Shown here one piece after another: positions 32,176 through 41,205 of a stretch of DNA of 48,467 bases; the first letter of the stretch is position 1, and the number at the start of each line of letters is the position of its first letter. This stretch comes from Candidatus Sericytochromatia bacterium (GTDB taxonomy: Bacteria; Cyanobacteriota; Sericytochromatia; S15B-MN24; UBA4093), in the NCBI GenBank assembly GCA_036676985.1, contig JAKFBU010000063.1, positions 1-48,467 of the forward strand. Reading direction: 5' to 3'. A program made the position numbers and the translations under genes. A model generated the notes under the pieces. That model was not told the origin of the DNA. It was given only the letters and a program-made list of their open reading frames with translations, and searched no databases.

Positions 32176-33441
32176 ATGATGATCGCGACTGAACCCAAGC
32201 ACACGTCGCCGCTGACCTCCGCGCGTCAGCAGCTCGCCAAGTGCATCGACATCCTCGCCATCGACCCCGGCCTGCACGAGCGCCTCGCCTATCCGGATCG
32301 CGTCGTCCAGACCAACAGCCCCGTTCGCATGGACGACGGCTCCATCAAGATGTTCTCGGGCTACCGCGTCCAGCACAACAACGCGCTTGGCCCCTACAAG
32401 GGCGGTCTGCGCTTCCACCCCTCGGTCGACATCGACGAGGTGACGGCGCTGGCCATGCTCATGACCTGGAAGTGCTCGCTGGTCGGCCTGCCCTACGGCG
32501 GCGCCAAGGGCGGCATCACGGTCGATCCCAAGAAGCTCTCCCTGGCCGAGCTCGAGCGTCTGACCCGCCGCTTCGCGGCCGACATGGTGCTCGTCTTCGA
32601 TCCGCACAAGGACATCCCCGCGCCGGACGTGAACACCAGCCCGCGCGAGATGGCCTGGATCATGGACACCTGGAGCGTCAACAAGGGCTACGCCGCCCCC
32701 GGCGTCGTCACGGGTAAGCCCATCGCCATCGGCGGCTCCCTGGGCCGCTTCGAGGCGACCGGTCGCGGCGTCATCACCATCACCGAGGAGCTCTTGACCT
32801 TCAAGGGCCGCAAGATGGCCGGCACCACCATGGCCGTGCAGGGCTTCGGCAACGTCGGCTCCATCGCCGCCATGCTCGGCGCTCAGAAGGGCGCCAAGAT
32901 CCTCGCGGTCTCGGACGTCACCGGCGGCTACTACAACGAGGCCGGTCTCGACATCCCGGCGATGATTCGCTACGTCCAGGCCAACGGCAACCTCGGCGGC
33001 TACCCGGACGCGCAGCCCATCAGCAATGACGACCTCCTGCTCCTGCCGGTGGACGTGCTCATCCCCGCCGCGCTCGAGGCCGTCATCACCGAGAAGAACG
33101 CGGACAAGGTCCAGGCCGAGTTCATCATCGAGGCCGCCAACGGCCCCATCACCCCCGCGGCAGATGCCATCCTCGAGAAGAAGGGCATCACGGTCGTTCC
33201 CGACATCCTCGCCAATGCGGGCGGCGTCGTCGTCAGCTACTTCGAGTGGGTCCAGGGCATGAACATGCTCTTCTGGACCGAGGACGAGGTCAACGAGCGC
33301 CTCAACCGGATCATGGTCCGCTCCTTCTCGCAGGTCTCGAACCTCGTGACCACCCGCGAGCTGACCTTCCGGATGGCCGCCTACTCCATCGGCGTGGGCC
33401 GCGTCGCCGAAGCCCACAAGCTGCGGGGCCTCTTCCCCTAA
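32176..33441 (+). CDS. gdhA: Glutamate dehydrogenase (Glu/Leu/Phe/Val family)
   Basis: GPYKGGLRFHP, MTWK, PYGGAKGG, DIPAPDV, VTGKP, QGFGNVG, PDILANAGGV. Confidence 0.95.
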   Translation: MMIATEPKHTSPLTSARQQLAKCIDILAIDPGLHERLAYPDRVVQTNSPVRMDDGSIKMFSGYRVQHNNALGPYKGGLRFHPSVDIDEVTALAMLMTWKCSLVGLPYGGAKGGITVDPKKLSLAELERLTRRFAADMVLVFDPHKDIPAPDVNTSPREMAWIMDTWSVNKGYAAPGVVTGKPIAIGGSLGRFEATGRGVITITEELLTFKGRKMAGTTMAVQGFGNVGSIAAMLGAQKGAKILAVSDVTGGYYNEAGLDIPAMIRYVQANGNLGGYPDAQPISNDDLLLLPVDVLIPAALEAVITEKNADKVQAEFIIEAANGPITPAADAILEKKGITVVPDILANAGGVVVSYFEWVQGMNMLFWTEDEVNERLNRIMVRSFSQVSNLVTTRELTFRMAAYSIGVGRVAEAHKLRGLFP

Positions 33442-33462
33442 GCTGCGGATACGCACGACTCG

Positions 33463-33495
33463 AGCCGCCCGGGGAAGTCCCCGGGCGGCTTTTTT
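33463..33495 (+). terminator. Intrinsic terminator of gdhA
   Basis: AGCCGCCCGGGG / CCCCGGGCGGCT followed by TTTTT. Confidence 0.88.
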
Positions 33496-33548
33496 GGACG
33501 ATCCGCAGATTTCGCAGATTTGTCATCTGCGAAATCTGCGGATCGTCC
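33496..33548. repeat. CGCAGAT-type palindromic repeat, copy 2
   Basis: Perfect 24-bp inverted repeat GGACGATCCGCAGATTTCGCAGAT-ttgtc-ATCTGCGAAATCTGCGGATCGTCC. Confidence 0.85.
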
Positions 33549-33563
33549 ACCCCATAGGGGGAG

Positions 33564-33595
33564 AAAAAAACGAAGGGGCCCGCTCCGCGGACCCC
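33564..33595 (-). terminator. Intrinsic terminator
   Basis: GGGGTCCGC-GGA-GCGGGCCCC followed by TTCGTTTTTTT on the minus strand. Confidence 0.8.
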
Positions 33596-33613
33596 ACAGT
33601 GGGACGACACCAG

Positions 33614-33646
33614 CTAGAAGAACCCGGTCACATAGAGTTGAGGCAT
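33614..33646 (-). CDS. Candidate 10-aa peptide MPQLYVTGFF
   Basis: TAAGGAGGTGGACCCA immediately before ATG; TAG followed by a terminator. Confidence 0.5.
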   Translation of the reverse strand: MPQLYVTGFF

Positions 33647-33998
33647 TGGGTCCACCTCCTTACTCGCGACTTAGCCCTCGGTGAGTCCGTGCCACTCGTG
33701 CCCGTGCCGTCACGCGGCGTGGGGAGGGTTCCCCGTCTGGTGGGCATCGCCGGTTGGCTAGGCGACTCTGAGTCGCGGGGCTCCCCTCGTCCGGGCCACT
33801 CGACAGGCCACCCTTGGGACGTGGGGCGCGTTCCGCGCTCCCGATGTCCTTACAATAGCCCCTCCGTGTGAAGGAACAAGCAAGAAATTGTTGTCAATGG
33901 ATAAGATCACCAATAAAGCTTGCTTTTCTCTCGGAGGGCCCTTTCCTGTACAATGGCAGGGTTGCGCCCACCGTATGAGGCCTTAGAGGACGGATTCC

Positions 33999-35045
33999 GT
34001 GAAGACCATCCACTGGAACGACGGCGTCGTCGAACTGCTCGACCAGACGCGCCTGCCCCACGTGACCGAGACCGTGACCTGTCGGACCTATCAGGACATC
34101 GGTCGCGCCATCACCACCATGCAGGTGCGCGGCGCCCCCGCCATCGGCGTGGCGGCCGCCATGGGCCTGGCCCTCGCCGCCCAGGCGAGCACGGCCGCCG
34201 AGACCGCGCAGCTGATCGCCGAGCTCAAGGTCGCCGCCGACGAGCTGCGCGCGACGCGTCCCACGGCCGTCAACCTGGCATGGGCGCTGCAGCGCATGCT
34301 GACGGTCGCCGAGGAGAAGGCCCACATCGGCGCCGACGACCTCAAGCGCTACCTCGTACTCGAGGCCCAGGTCATCGCCCGCGAGGACGTCGAGATCAAC
34401 CAGGCCATCGGCCGCCACGGCGCCGCCCTCATCCAGGACGGCATGAACATCCTGACGCACTGCTCCACCGGTGCCTTGGCCACCGTCGACTACGGCACGG
34501 CGCTCGGCGTCATCCGCACGGCCCACGAGCAGGGCAAGAAGATCCACGTCTGGGTGGACGAAACGCGGCCCCGGCTGCAAGGTGCTCGTCTCAACGCCTG
34601 GGAGCTCAAACAGCTGGGCATCCCCTTCACGCTCATCTCGGACAACATGGCCGCCCACTTCATGCAGCGTGGCCAGGTGGACCTCGTCATCACCGGCGCG
34701 GACCGCATCGCCGCCAACGGCGACACCGCCAACAAGATCGGCACCTACGGCCTCTCGGTCCTGGCCCATGCCCACGGCATCCCCTTCTACATCGCGGCCC
34801 CGCTCTCGACGGTGGACCCCGAGATGCCCACCGGGGACCTCATCCCCATCGAGGACCGGGATCCGCGCGAGGTGACCGAGATCGACGGCCACCGGGTGGC
34901 CCCGGCCGAGGTGATGGTCGCCAACCCCTGCTTTGACGTGACGCCCGCCAAGTACATCCACGGCATCGTCACCGAGCGCGGCGTGCTGCGGGCCCCCTTC
35001 GACAAGGCCATCGACCAGGTGGTCGGGATCTTCCAGCGCGCCTAA
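33999..35045 (+). CDS. mtnA: S-methyl-5-thioribose-1-phosphate isomerase
   Basis: LLDQTRLP, VRGAPAIG, RPTAVNL, LTHC, DETRPRLQG, GADRIAANGDTANKIGTY, FDVTP. Confidence 0.96.
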   Translation: MKTIHWNDGVVELLDQTRLPHVTETVTCRTYQDIGRAITTMQVRGAPAIGVAAAMGLALAAQASTAAETAQLIAELKVAADELRATRPTAVNLAWALQRMLTVAEEKAHIGADDLKRYLVLEAQVIAREDVEINQAIGRHGAALIQDGMNILTHCSTGALATVDYGTALGVIRTAHEQGKKIHVWVDETRPRLQGARLNAWELKQLGIPFTLISDNMAAHFMQRGQVDLVITGADRIAANGDTANKIGTYGLSVLAHAHGIPFYIAAPLSTVDPEMPTGDLIPIEDRDPREVTEIDGHRVAPAEVMVANPCFDVTPAKYIHGIVTERGVLRAPFDKAIDQVVGIFQRA

Positions 35046-35060
35046 GCCTTCCCCTCCATG

Positions 35061-35088
35061 GGAGCGTCGGCGTTCACGCCGGCGCTCC
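35061..35088 (+). terminator. GC-rich hairpin after mtnA, possible terminator
   Basis: GGAGCGTCGGCG / CGCCGGCGCTCC stem; no clear U-tract. Confidence 0.45.
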
Positions 35089-35169
35089 TCGGCGTTTGGG
35101 CGACCTCCGACCGCGCCTTGCCCCGGGTCTTGCGGCCGCCTATAACAAGAGCACGGAAAGGAGGCCCCC

Positions 35170-35433
35170 ATGAACCTCTGGATCGAAGGCGTCGAAAAGG
35201 CCGTTCCCCTGCCGGAGACTCCGGCGGCACGGTTCGCCCTCTTGAAGGCGACGGTCCCCATGTTCCCCTGGATCCCGCTGGTGCCGGCCGCCCTCGTGAT
35301 CGGCACCTCGCTCGCGGCCCTGACGGTGGCCGTCCGCGCCAACCGGCGCGTGAAGGCCTTGGAGGCCGAGCTGTTCGAGGAAGAGACCCACGAGGCCCTT
35401 CACCAGCAGCCCCTGGAGACGATTAGCCCCTGA
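35170..35433 (+). CDS. Small single-pass membrane protein, hypothetical
   Basis: AAAGGAGG RBS; one hydrophobic helix then a short acidic coiled coil. Confidence 0.7.
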   Translation: MNLWIEGVEKAVPLPETPAARFALLKATVPMFPWIPLVPAALVIGTSLAALTVAVRANRRVKALEAELFEEETHEALHQQPLETISP

Positions 35434-35498
35434 TAACGGGTCGCGGGGCGGCGTGTTACAATGATCGACTGTGCGCGACTAGAAGAGGTACCTGCCGC

Positions 35499-36866
35499 AT
35501 GACCCCGAGCGACGCCGCCCTCAAGCGGCTCTACATCAAGACCCATGGCTGCCAGATGAACATGTCCGACTCCGAGAAGGTGGTCGGCATGCTCGCGCAG
35601 CAGGGCTACGCCCTCACCGACCAGGAAGACGACGCCGACGTGCTCATCGTCAACACCTGCTCGATCCGCGAGAAGGCGGAAGACAAGCTCTTCAGCCTCT
35701 TGGGCGAGTGGCGCGAGCTCAAGAAGCAGAAGCCGGACCTGCTCATCGGCGTGATGGGCTGCGTCGCCCAGCAGGAGAAGGACAAGATCCGCAAGCGGGT
35801 CCGCGACGTCGACGTGGTGGTCGGCACCCACAACTTCCACGAGCTGCCCGAGCTCATCGACGAGGTGGCGCGCACCAAGGCCCCCATCACCCGGATCGGC
35901 AACCTCAAGGCGCCCATCCCGGACGACCTGCCCACCACGCGCGAGGGCAAGTTCCACGCCTGGGTGCCCATCATCTACGGCTGCAGCTACTTCTGCACCT
36001 ACTGCATCGTCCCCTACACCCGCGGGCCCTACCAGAGCCGCAAGCCGGAGGCGATCGCCAAGGAGATCCGCGAGCTGGTCGCCGAGGGCTTCAAGGAGTT
36101 CACGCTCCTGGGCCAGACGGTCGATCGCTACGGCCAGGACCTGCCGGGCGACGAGCGGACGACGCTGGCGGCCCTCATGCGCCTCCTGTCGCCGATCCCG
36201 GGCGTCGAGCGGATCCGCTTCCTCACCTCGCACCCGCTCGACATGAGCGAAGAGCTGGTTGCTACCGTCGCCGAGCTCCCCAACGTCATGGAGTACTTCC
36301 ACTTCCCGATCCAGGCCGGCAGCGACAAGGTGCTCACGGAGATGAAGCGCCTCTACACCGTCGACCAGTACCGCGAGAAGGTCGCCATGATCCGGCGCCA
36401 CATCCCCGACGCGACCATCTCGGGCGACCTCATCGTCGGCTTCCCCGGCGAGACCGAGGAGGACTTCGTCGCGACGCTCCGGATCGTCGAGGAGATCGAG
36501 TTCGACTCGAACAACACGGCCTCCTACTCGATCCGCCCCTGGACGCCCGCGGGCAAGCGTGAGGACCAGCTGGACGAGGAGGTAAAGGCTGATCGCCTGA
36601 AGCGCCTCAACGAGGTGGTGGCGGAGACCGCCTTCCGCCGCAACCGGCGGCTGGTGGGCACCATCCAGGAGGTCCTGGTCGAGGGGCCGAGCTCCAAGAA
36701 CCCGGAGATCTTCCAGGGTCGGACCCGCGGCAACAAGATCTGCTACTTCCCGGGAAGTGCCGCTCTCGAGGGCCAGATCGTCAAGGTGGAGATCAACGAG
36801 GCGCGGCCCTTCACCCTGCGGGGCGAGATCGTGAAAGCGGTCGTGCCGCTGCAGATGGCGCTCTAG
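35499..36866 (+). CDS. miaB: tRNA-2-methylthio-N6-dimethylallyladenosine synthase
   Basis: THGCQMN, NTCSIREKAE, GCVAQ, CSYFCTYC, IVGFPGETEEDF, C-terminal TRAM domain. Confidence 0.96.
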   Translation: MTPSDAALKRLYIKTHGCQMNMSDSEKVVGMLAQQGYALTDQEDDADVLIVNTCSIREKAEDKLFSLLGEWRELKKQKPDLLIGVMGCVAQQEKDKIRKRVRDVDVVVGTHNFHELPELIDEVARTKAPITRIGNLKAPIPDDLPTTREGKFHAWVPIIYGCSYFCTYCIVPYTRGPYQSRKPEAIAKEIRELVAEGFKEFTLLGQTVDRYGQDLPGDERTTLAALMRLLSPIPGVERIRFLTSHPLDMSEELVATVAELPNVMEYFHFPIQAGSDKVLTEMKRLYTVDQYREKVAMIRRHIPDATISGDLIVGFPGETEEDFVATLRIVEEIEFDSNNTASYSIRPWTPAGKREDQLDEEVKADRLKRLNEVVAETAFRRNRRLVGTIQEVLVEGPSSKNPEIFQGRTRGNKICYFPGSAALEGQIVKVEINEARPFTLRGEIVKAVVPLQMAL

Positions 36867-37717
36867 ACCACCGGCAAATCCACATCCTCGGGGCGTCGCA
36901 TGCTGATCAGGGCAAGCGGCGCCCCGATGGCTTGGCCGACCCATGCGACGGGCATCCCGGCCAGCTGCAGGCCCCAGCCCAGGGCCGAGGGCAACAGGGC
37001 GATCGCCCACATGACGGGGTTTCGGGCCTGCTTGCGCCGCTTTGAGCCGATGCCCGCCAGGGCGCTGCCGAGGGCACCCGGCAGGCTCGCGGCGGCTTCC
37101 AGGAGCCCTGCCATCATGCGCGCGGGATCCCGGCGCTTGAGGCCGATGGCCACGTCCTTGACGGCCAGGGTGGCGAGCAGGACGGCGCCTGCGCTCTGCA
37201 GGGGGCGGATGGGCAGCAGGTCGTCGAAGCTCGGCCCCTCGGGGGGCGAGAGGACGATGAGCACGCGGCTCACGCAGGTCGGCAGGCCCCGGAGGTGCAG
37301 ATCGGCCCAGATGGCCTCCACCTCGTCACCCGAAAGCCCGACGAACCGGCCGCCCGCCGGATCGGCGAAGAGTACGCTTCCTGCCTCCTGGCCGACGGCC
37401 AGCATGTAGTGCAGGGCGTCTCCTCGGGCGGCGGAGCGATCGCACAGGATCACGGTCGGCAGCCCCCGCTCCAGGAGGCGCATGAGGTCGTCGAGGGTCG
37501 CGTCGACGAGCATGGCCGCCCGGTAGCCGTGGAAGCGCGCGTAGCGGAGCACATCCCCCGGAGCCGTGAACATGTCGAACGGCCGGACCGCCCCGTCGAT
37601 CGTCCGGCGATCGTTCTCGGGGCGGCCCGGCCGCCAGTACTCCATGACCATGCTGAGGCAGGTGGTGCCGCAGCCGTTGGTGACTCCTTGATCCTGGGGG
37701 GTGACGAGGATCCGCAC
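36863..37717 (-). CDS. C39-like cysteine peptidase with hydrophobic C-terminus
   Basis: QGVTNGCGTTCLSMVMEYW, GLPTVI, LHY and FADPA give a Q/C/H/D set. Confidence 0.75.
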   Translation of the reverse strand: MRILVTPQDQGVTNGCGTTCLSMVMEYWRPGRPENDRRTIDGAVRPFDMFTAPGDVLRYARFHGYRAAMLVDATLDDLMRLLERGLPTVILCDRSAARGDALHYMLAVGQEAGSVLFADPAGGRFVGLSGDEVEAIWADLHLRGLPTCVSRVLIVLSPPEGPSFDDLLPIRPLQSAGAVLLATLAVKDVAIGLKRRDPARMMAGLLEAAASLPGALGSALAGIGSKRRKQARNPVMWAIALLPSALGWGLQLAGMPVAWVGQAIGAPLALISMRRPEDVDLPVV

Positions 37718-38763
37718 TACGCCAGGACGGCTCGCTTCCGCCGGATGAGCTCCTGGGCCGCGGGCACGTCCGCCTGGCTCTTCACCGGGATGAAGCGCTC
37801 GTCGCGGTCCACCTCGAGGAAGCCCGTCGTCAGAAGGCAGCTGAGGTCACCGGCCAGGTGCTCGAACTGGATGACGGTCTGGCCGTCCACCTTCTTCTCG
37901 ACCACGTACCAGGGCAGCTCGATCGGGCGCGCCAGGGCCTCGGCCGAGAAGACGTAGGTGGCCGTGTTGAAGACCCGGATCCGGTCCTGGTCGAAGTCCG
38001 CCGGGAAGGCGAAGCCCTCGACCAGCTGCATGCGGCCGTCGACCCGCGCCGGAGCCCCGCCCTTGTCTCCAGGGGCCTTCGCCGCCACCTCAACCGTCAT
38101 CTCCAGGCCCTGGCGGAGGTGCCAACCCACGATGGCGAGGTCCACCGTGGCCCCCAGGTTGTCCACGTTGGAGAACAGCAGGTACTTGCCGCCCTCGTCG
38201 AGGAACCGACGCAAGGCGCCGCTCTCGTTGAGGGCCTGGACGAAGTCTCCGTGTCCTGGAGCCGCGAAGTCCTCGCTGCCGTCCGGAGACTGGAAGCGCG
38301 AGCCGTCCGGCTGGAGGCGCGGGAACTTGTACTGCTGGAACAGAACGATGCGACTCGGATCGGAGCCGAAGTAACCGTGCTCCTCGAGGTGGGCCCGCAC
38401 CTCGGCGTCCGTGTGGAAGCTCGTCATGATGAAGATCGGCATGGTCGGCGAGATCTCGCGGATCCAGCGGATCTTGAGCTCCAGGAAGCTGGCGCCGTCC
38501 AGGATGGGGTAGAGGCCCTTGGGGTGATCGTAGTTGAAGCGGGTGGCCATCCCGCCCGAGAGGATGAGGGCTCCGACCTCGCCCGCCTCCACGGCCCTCC
38601 GGCCCAGGGCCTCCAGGTCGCGGTACTCGGCAGTGCCCCGCTCGGGGAGGCGCGCGATGTCCTCGGCGGCGGGCGCCTCGACCGTACCTGTCAGGCAGTT
38701 GCTCTGGGCCGTCCATTCGCCCGCCCGATAGCGAGCGGCCAGGTTTTCGAAGATATGCTCCAT
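37717..38763 (-). CDS. UDPGP-family (eukaryote-type) UTP-sugar-1-phosphate uridylyltransferase
   Basis: LSGGMATRF..PKG, IMTS, PGHGDF, SNVDNLGA, DKGG, FNT, QFE. Confidence 0.85.
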   Translation of the reverse strand: MEHIFENLAARYRAGEWTAQSNCLTGTVEAPAAEDIARLPERGTAEYRDLEALGRRAVEAGEVGALILSGGMATRFNYDHPKGLYPILDGASFLELKIRWIREISPTMPIFIMTSFHTDAEVRAHLEEHGYFGSDPSRIVLFQQYKFPRLQPDGSRFQSPDGSEDFAAPGHGDFVQALNESGALRRFLDEGGKYLLFSNVDNLGATVDLAIVGWHLRQGLEMTVEVAAKAPGDKGGAPARVDGRMQLVEGFAFPADFDQDRIRVFNTATYVFSAEALARPIELPWYVVEKKVDGQTVIQFEHLAGDLSCLLTTGFLEVDRDERFIPVKSQADVPAAQELIRRKRAVLA

Positions 38764-38872
38764 GCGTCCTCCAGGCAGTCACCACATCGTGACCGAAGGC
38801 CCGGAGTCCGCCGCTGGCGGACGTCCGGGCCAACGCCCACGGCATGATACCACAGGCGAAACAGGGCGAGCG

Positions 38873-39763
38873 TTACTCCTCCTCGTCCGGCACCTGCGGC
38901 GGAGGAGTCGCCGGACGCGGGGTCGGGCCCGTCGGACGGGGCGTCGGGGCGAGCGTCGGCGCCGGAGTGGGCGTCGTGGTGCCGCCCGCCAGGCGGTAGA
39001 GCTTGAAGCCGGTGAACTTGACCTGCGCGCCGTTGGAGGCGAGCGCCACCGTGCCGGCTCCGCTGATCAGGGGGTTGGTCACCGTGCCCTTGCGCTGGCC
39101 GTTGACATAGAGGGTCATGGTGTTGGCCGCGGTGTCCACGTCTGCGGTCCAGGTGATGGCCTGGCCCACGCCGCGGGGCGGATCGACGGTCTCGCCCCAC
39201 AGGCGGTTGGCGGTCGGCCAGGAGCCGCCCGGCAGCTGGCCGTTGCACACCCAGGCCTCCTGGAGTCTGGGGCCCGCCGAGGCGATGACGTAGTGGGTCG
39301 AGTCCTTGTAGAAGGGCATCAGGATCACCACCCCCGGATCCCGGGCCGGATCCGAGGCCATGATGCGGTAGGTCCAGCCCGTCACCTGGACCCGGTAGCG
39401 GGTTCCCGGGTTGCCCGTGTAGGCGCGGATCGACAGGCGGGTGCTCGAGCCCGGCTCCTCCTGGACGTAGGCGCCGCTCCCCGAGGTCCACTTGCCCGTC
39501 GCGAAGCTGCCGGTGGCGATGTCCGACTGGGAGACCGCGTCCCGGAAGGGCACCTCGGGCGTCGAGAAGTCGACGTCGGCAAGCTCCGTGCCCTCGGCCG
39601 CGGGGCCTGCCGGCAGCTCGGACGGCTCGCCCGTGTACTCCTTGGGAGGTGGCTCGGACGGCAGCCGGTTCTGGTAGGGGCCGCCCCCGCCCCCGCCCGG
39701 CGTACAACCGATGGCCAAGGCGGCGGTCACCGAGAGCGTCGCCCAAGTCATGCGACCCTTCAT
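38873..39763 (-). CDS. Hypothetical lipoprotein, predicted beta-sandwich (ConA-like)
   Basis: Lipobox AIG-C; MTLYVNG; Pro/Thr-rich tail. Confidence 0.75.
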   Translation of the reverse strand: MKGRMTWATLSVTAALAIGCTPGGGGGGPYQNRLPSEPPPKEYTGEPSELPAGPAAEGTELADVDFSTPEVPFRDAVSQSDIATGSFATGKWTSGSGAYVQEEPGSSTRLSIRAYTGNPGTRYRVQVTGWTYRIMASDPARDPGVVILMPFYKDSTHYVIASAGPRLQEAWVCNGQLPGGSWPTANRLWGETVDPPRGVGQAITWTADVDTAANTMTLYVNGQRKGTVTNPLISGAGTVALASNGAQVKFTGFKLYRLAGGTTTPTPAPTLAPTPRPTGPTPRPATPPPQVPDEEE

Positions 39764-39773
39764 GAGGCTCCTC

Positions 39774-40529
39774 CTACTTCTTCCAGACGATCTTGAAGTT
39801 GTCGAACTGGGCGTAGTTGCCGTTCGCGCCCAGGGCCACCCAGTGCGGATCGTGGTTGATCATGGGGATCTTCTTGGTGAGCTTCTTCTGGTCGTTGACG
39901 TAGACGGTGATCTCGTTGCTCTCGGTGTTGATGTCGGCCTTCCAGTTGAGGCTCCCGCTCGCCGTCAGGGGCGTGTCGAGGTACTGGTCGAAGAACTTGT
40001 TGTCCTGGCTCCATTCGGCGCCCGCGGGCGTCTGGCCGCTGACGACCCAGCCCTGGAGGCTGTTGGCCGTGGCCGAGAGCAGGATGTAGTTCTTGGGGTC
40101 CTTGTAGTAGGGCATAAGCGCCATGACACCCGTCGGATAGCCGTGGACCGCGGGGCTCTCGGCGTCCTTGGCCACCGAGGCGTCGACCGAGACGGTGTAG
40201 ACCTTGCCCGCCCGGCCGTCCTTGGTGCTGAAGGCGTCCCCGGTGTACTTCATGTGGTTGGCGAGGTTGTCCGTCGCCCCCATGGTCTGCTGAAGCTTGC
40301 CGTCCGCCACGGTCCAGGTCCCGGCCGCGAAGCCAGCGGCTTCACCCTTGGCGGCGTTCTCGAAGGGCATGGACGGGGTCTCGAAGGTCAAGAGGGTGGT
40401 CTTGCCGCCCGACGGCGCGGTCACGTACGAGCTCATGCCGGGAATGAACTCGGCTACGCCGCAGCCGCTCAGAAGCACACAAGCAAGAGCTAGCGCCACC
40501 CGGTTTCCGGGGCGTCCAGTAAGCAACAT
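39774..40529 (-). CDS. Hypothetical lipoprotein, paralogue of 38873-39763
   Basis: Lipobox LSG-C; shares GVxxLMPxYKD..Y...SA, W.AD..T..N...YVN and VAL..NG..A. Confidence 0.75.
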   Translation of the reverse strand: MLLTGRPGNRVALALACVLLSGCGVAEFIPGMSSYVTAPSGGKTTLLTFETPSMPFENAAKGEAAGFAAGTWTVADGKLQQTMGATDNLANHMKYTGDAFSTKDGRAGKVYTVSVDASVAKDAESPAVHGYPTGVMALMPYYKDPKNYILLSATANSLQGWVVSGQTPAGAEWSQDNKFFDQYLDTPLTASGSLNWKADINTESNEITVYVNDQKKLTKKIPMINHDPHWVALGANGNYAQFDNFKIVWKK

Positions 40530-40660
40530 GTAGGTCCTCCGTTAGGCGAAGGGGTAGGGGTTCGTTGACCCCACAGTAACGGAGGCATTCAGGGGATAAC
40601 ACGGCCAATTGGACGAGGAATGGGCGCCGAAGCTGCCAACCGTCCTATGTCATAAGCGAG

Positions 40661-41035
40661 CTAGGGAGCGTCTTGCGGCCGGGAGCGATCGCGCATCAGC
40701 ACGCTCCTCTCGACGTTGCTGGCACCCAGGCGCTGGACCACGAAGCGCTCGGCCGTTTCCGTGTCGAAGGGAGCCTGGCAAAAGAGGTCCAGGCTCAAGA
40801 AGGACTTCTCGGGGAAGGAATGGATGGAGAGGCGCCCGCCTTCGAGGAGCACCAGGCCGGAGATGCCCCAGTCCTCGGCGGTCTTGCCCGCGTAGCGAAA
40901 GACGTAAGGGGGCTTGAGGGGCGAGAGCCCGAGCGCGGCGGCAAGGTCTGTGAGCAGAGCCTTCAGGTGCTCGAAGTCCTCGAGCTTGGCGCGATCGCAG
41001 CCGTACCCGTCCAGCATGAGATGGGGGCTGTACAT
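40661..41035 (-). CDS. SpeD/AdoMetDC-like protein lacking the pyruvoyl-forming Ser (predicted inactive)
   Basis: PHLMLDGYGC, GISGLVLLEGGRLSIHSFPE, DLFC; AGGAGG RBS before ATG 41035. Confidence 0.8.
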   Translation of the reverse strand: MYSPHLMLDGYGCDRAKLEDFEHLKALLTDLAAALGLSPLKPPYVFRYAGKTAEDWGISGLVLLEGGRLSIHSFPEKSFLSLDLFCQAPFDTETAERFVVQRLGASNVERSVLMRDRSRPQDAP

Positions 41036-41160
41036 CGGAGCGCCTCCTGGTCGCAACGGGCTCGCCTTCCACGATTATACAGGGGCGGCCCGGCCGGCAA
41101 CCGCGCCCCGCGATGAGCCTACCGTGAGGAAGTCCCCGCCGGACCCGCCGCGAGAACGAC

Positions 41161-41188
41161 GACAGGCCCCGCCGGAGCGGGGCCTGTC
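41161..41188. terminator. Strong hairpin between the two speD-like genes
   Basis: GACAGGCCCCGC-CGGA-GCGGGGCCTGTC. Confidence 0.55.
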
Positions 41189-41205
41189 GGTGGACTGTCC
41201 GTGAA

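Larger units (their letters stand above)
33564..33850 (-). ncRNA. Candidate structured RNA or small-ORF transcript
   Basis: Nested helices, extended SD, 10-codon ORF and its own terminator; 5' end uncertain. Confidence 0.55.

Noticed and set aside
33647-33662. 16S rRNA 3'-end remnant (GGGTCCACCTCCTTA)
   Set aside because: No flanking rRNA similarity; better explained as an extended SD on the minus strand
33665-33850. SAM-I, cobalamin or c-di-AMP riboswitch for mtnA
   Set aside because: Consensus motifs not found; the SD, ORF and terminator point away from mtnA
40661-41035. Simple speD pseudogene
   Set aside because: Frame intact, full length, with RBS and -10; the loss is focused on the catalytic site, so it is kept as a CDS
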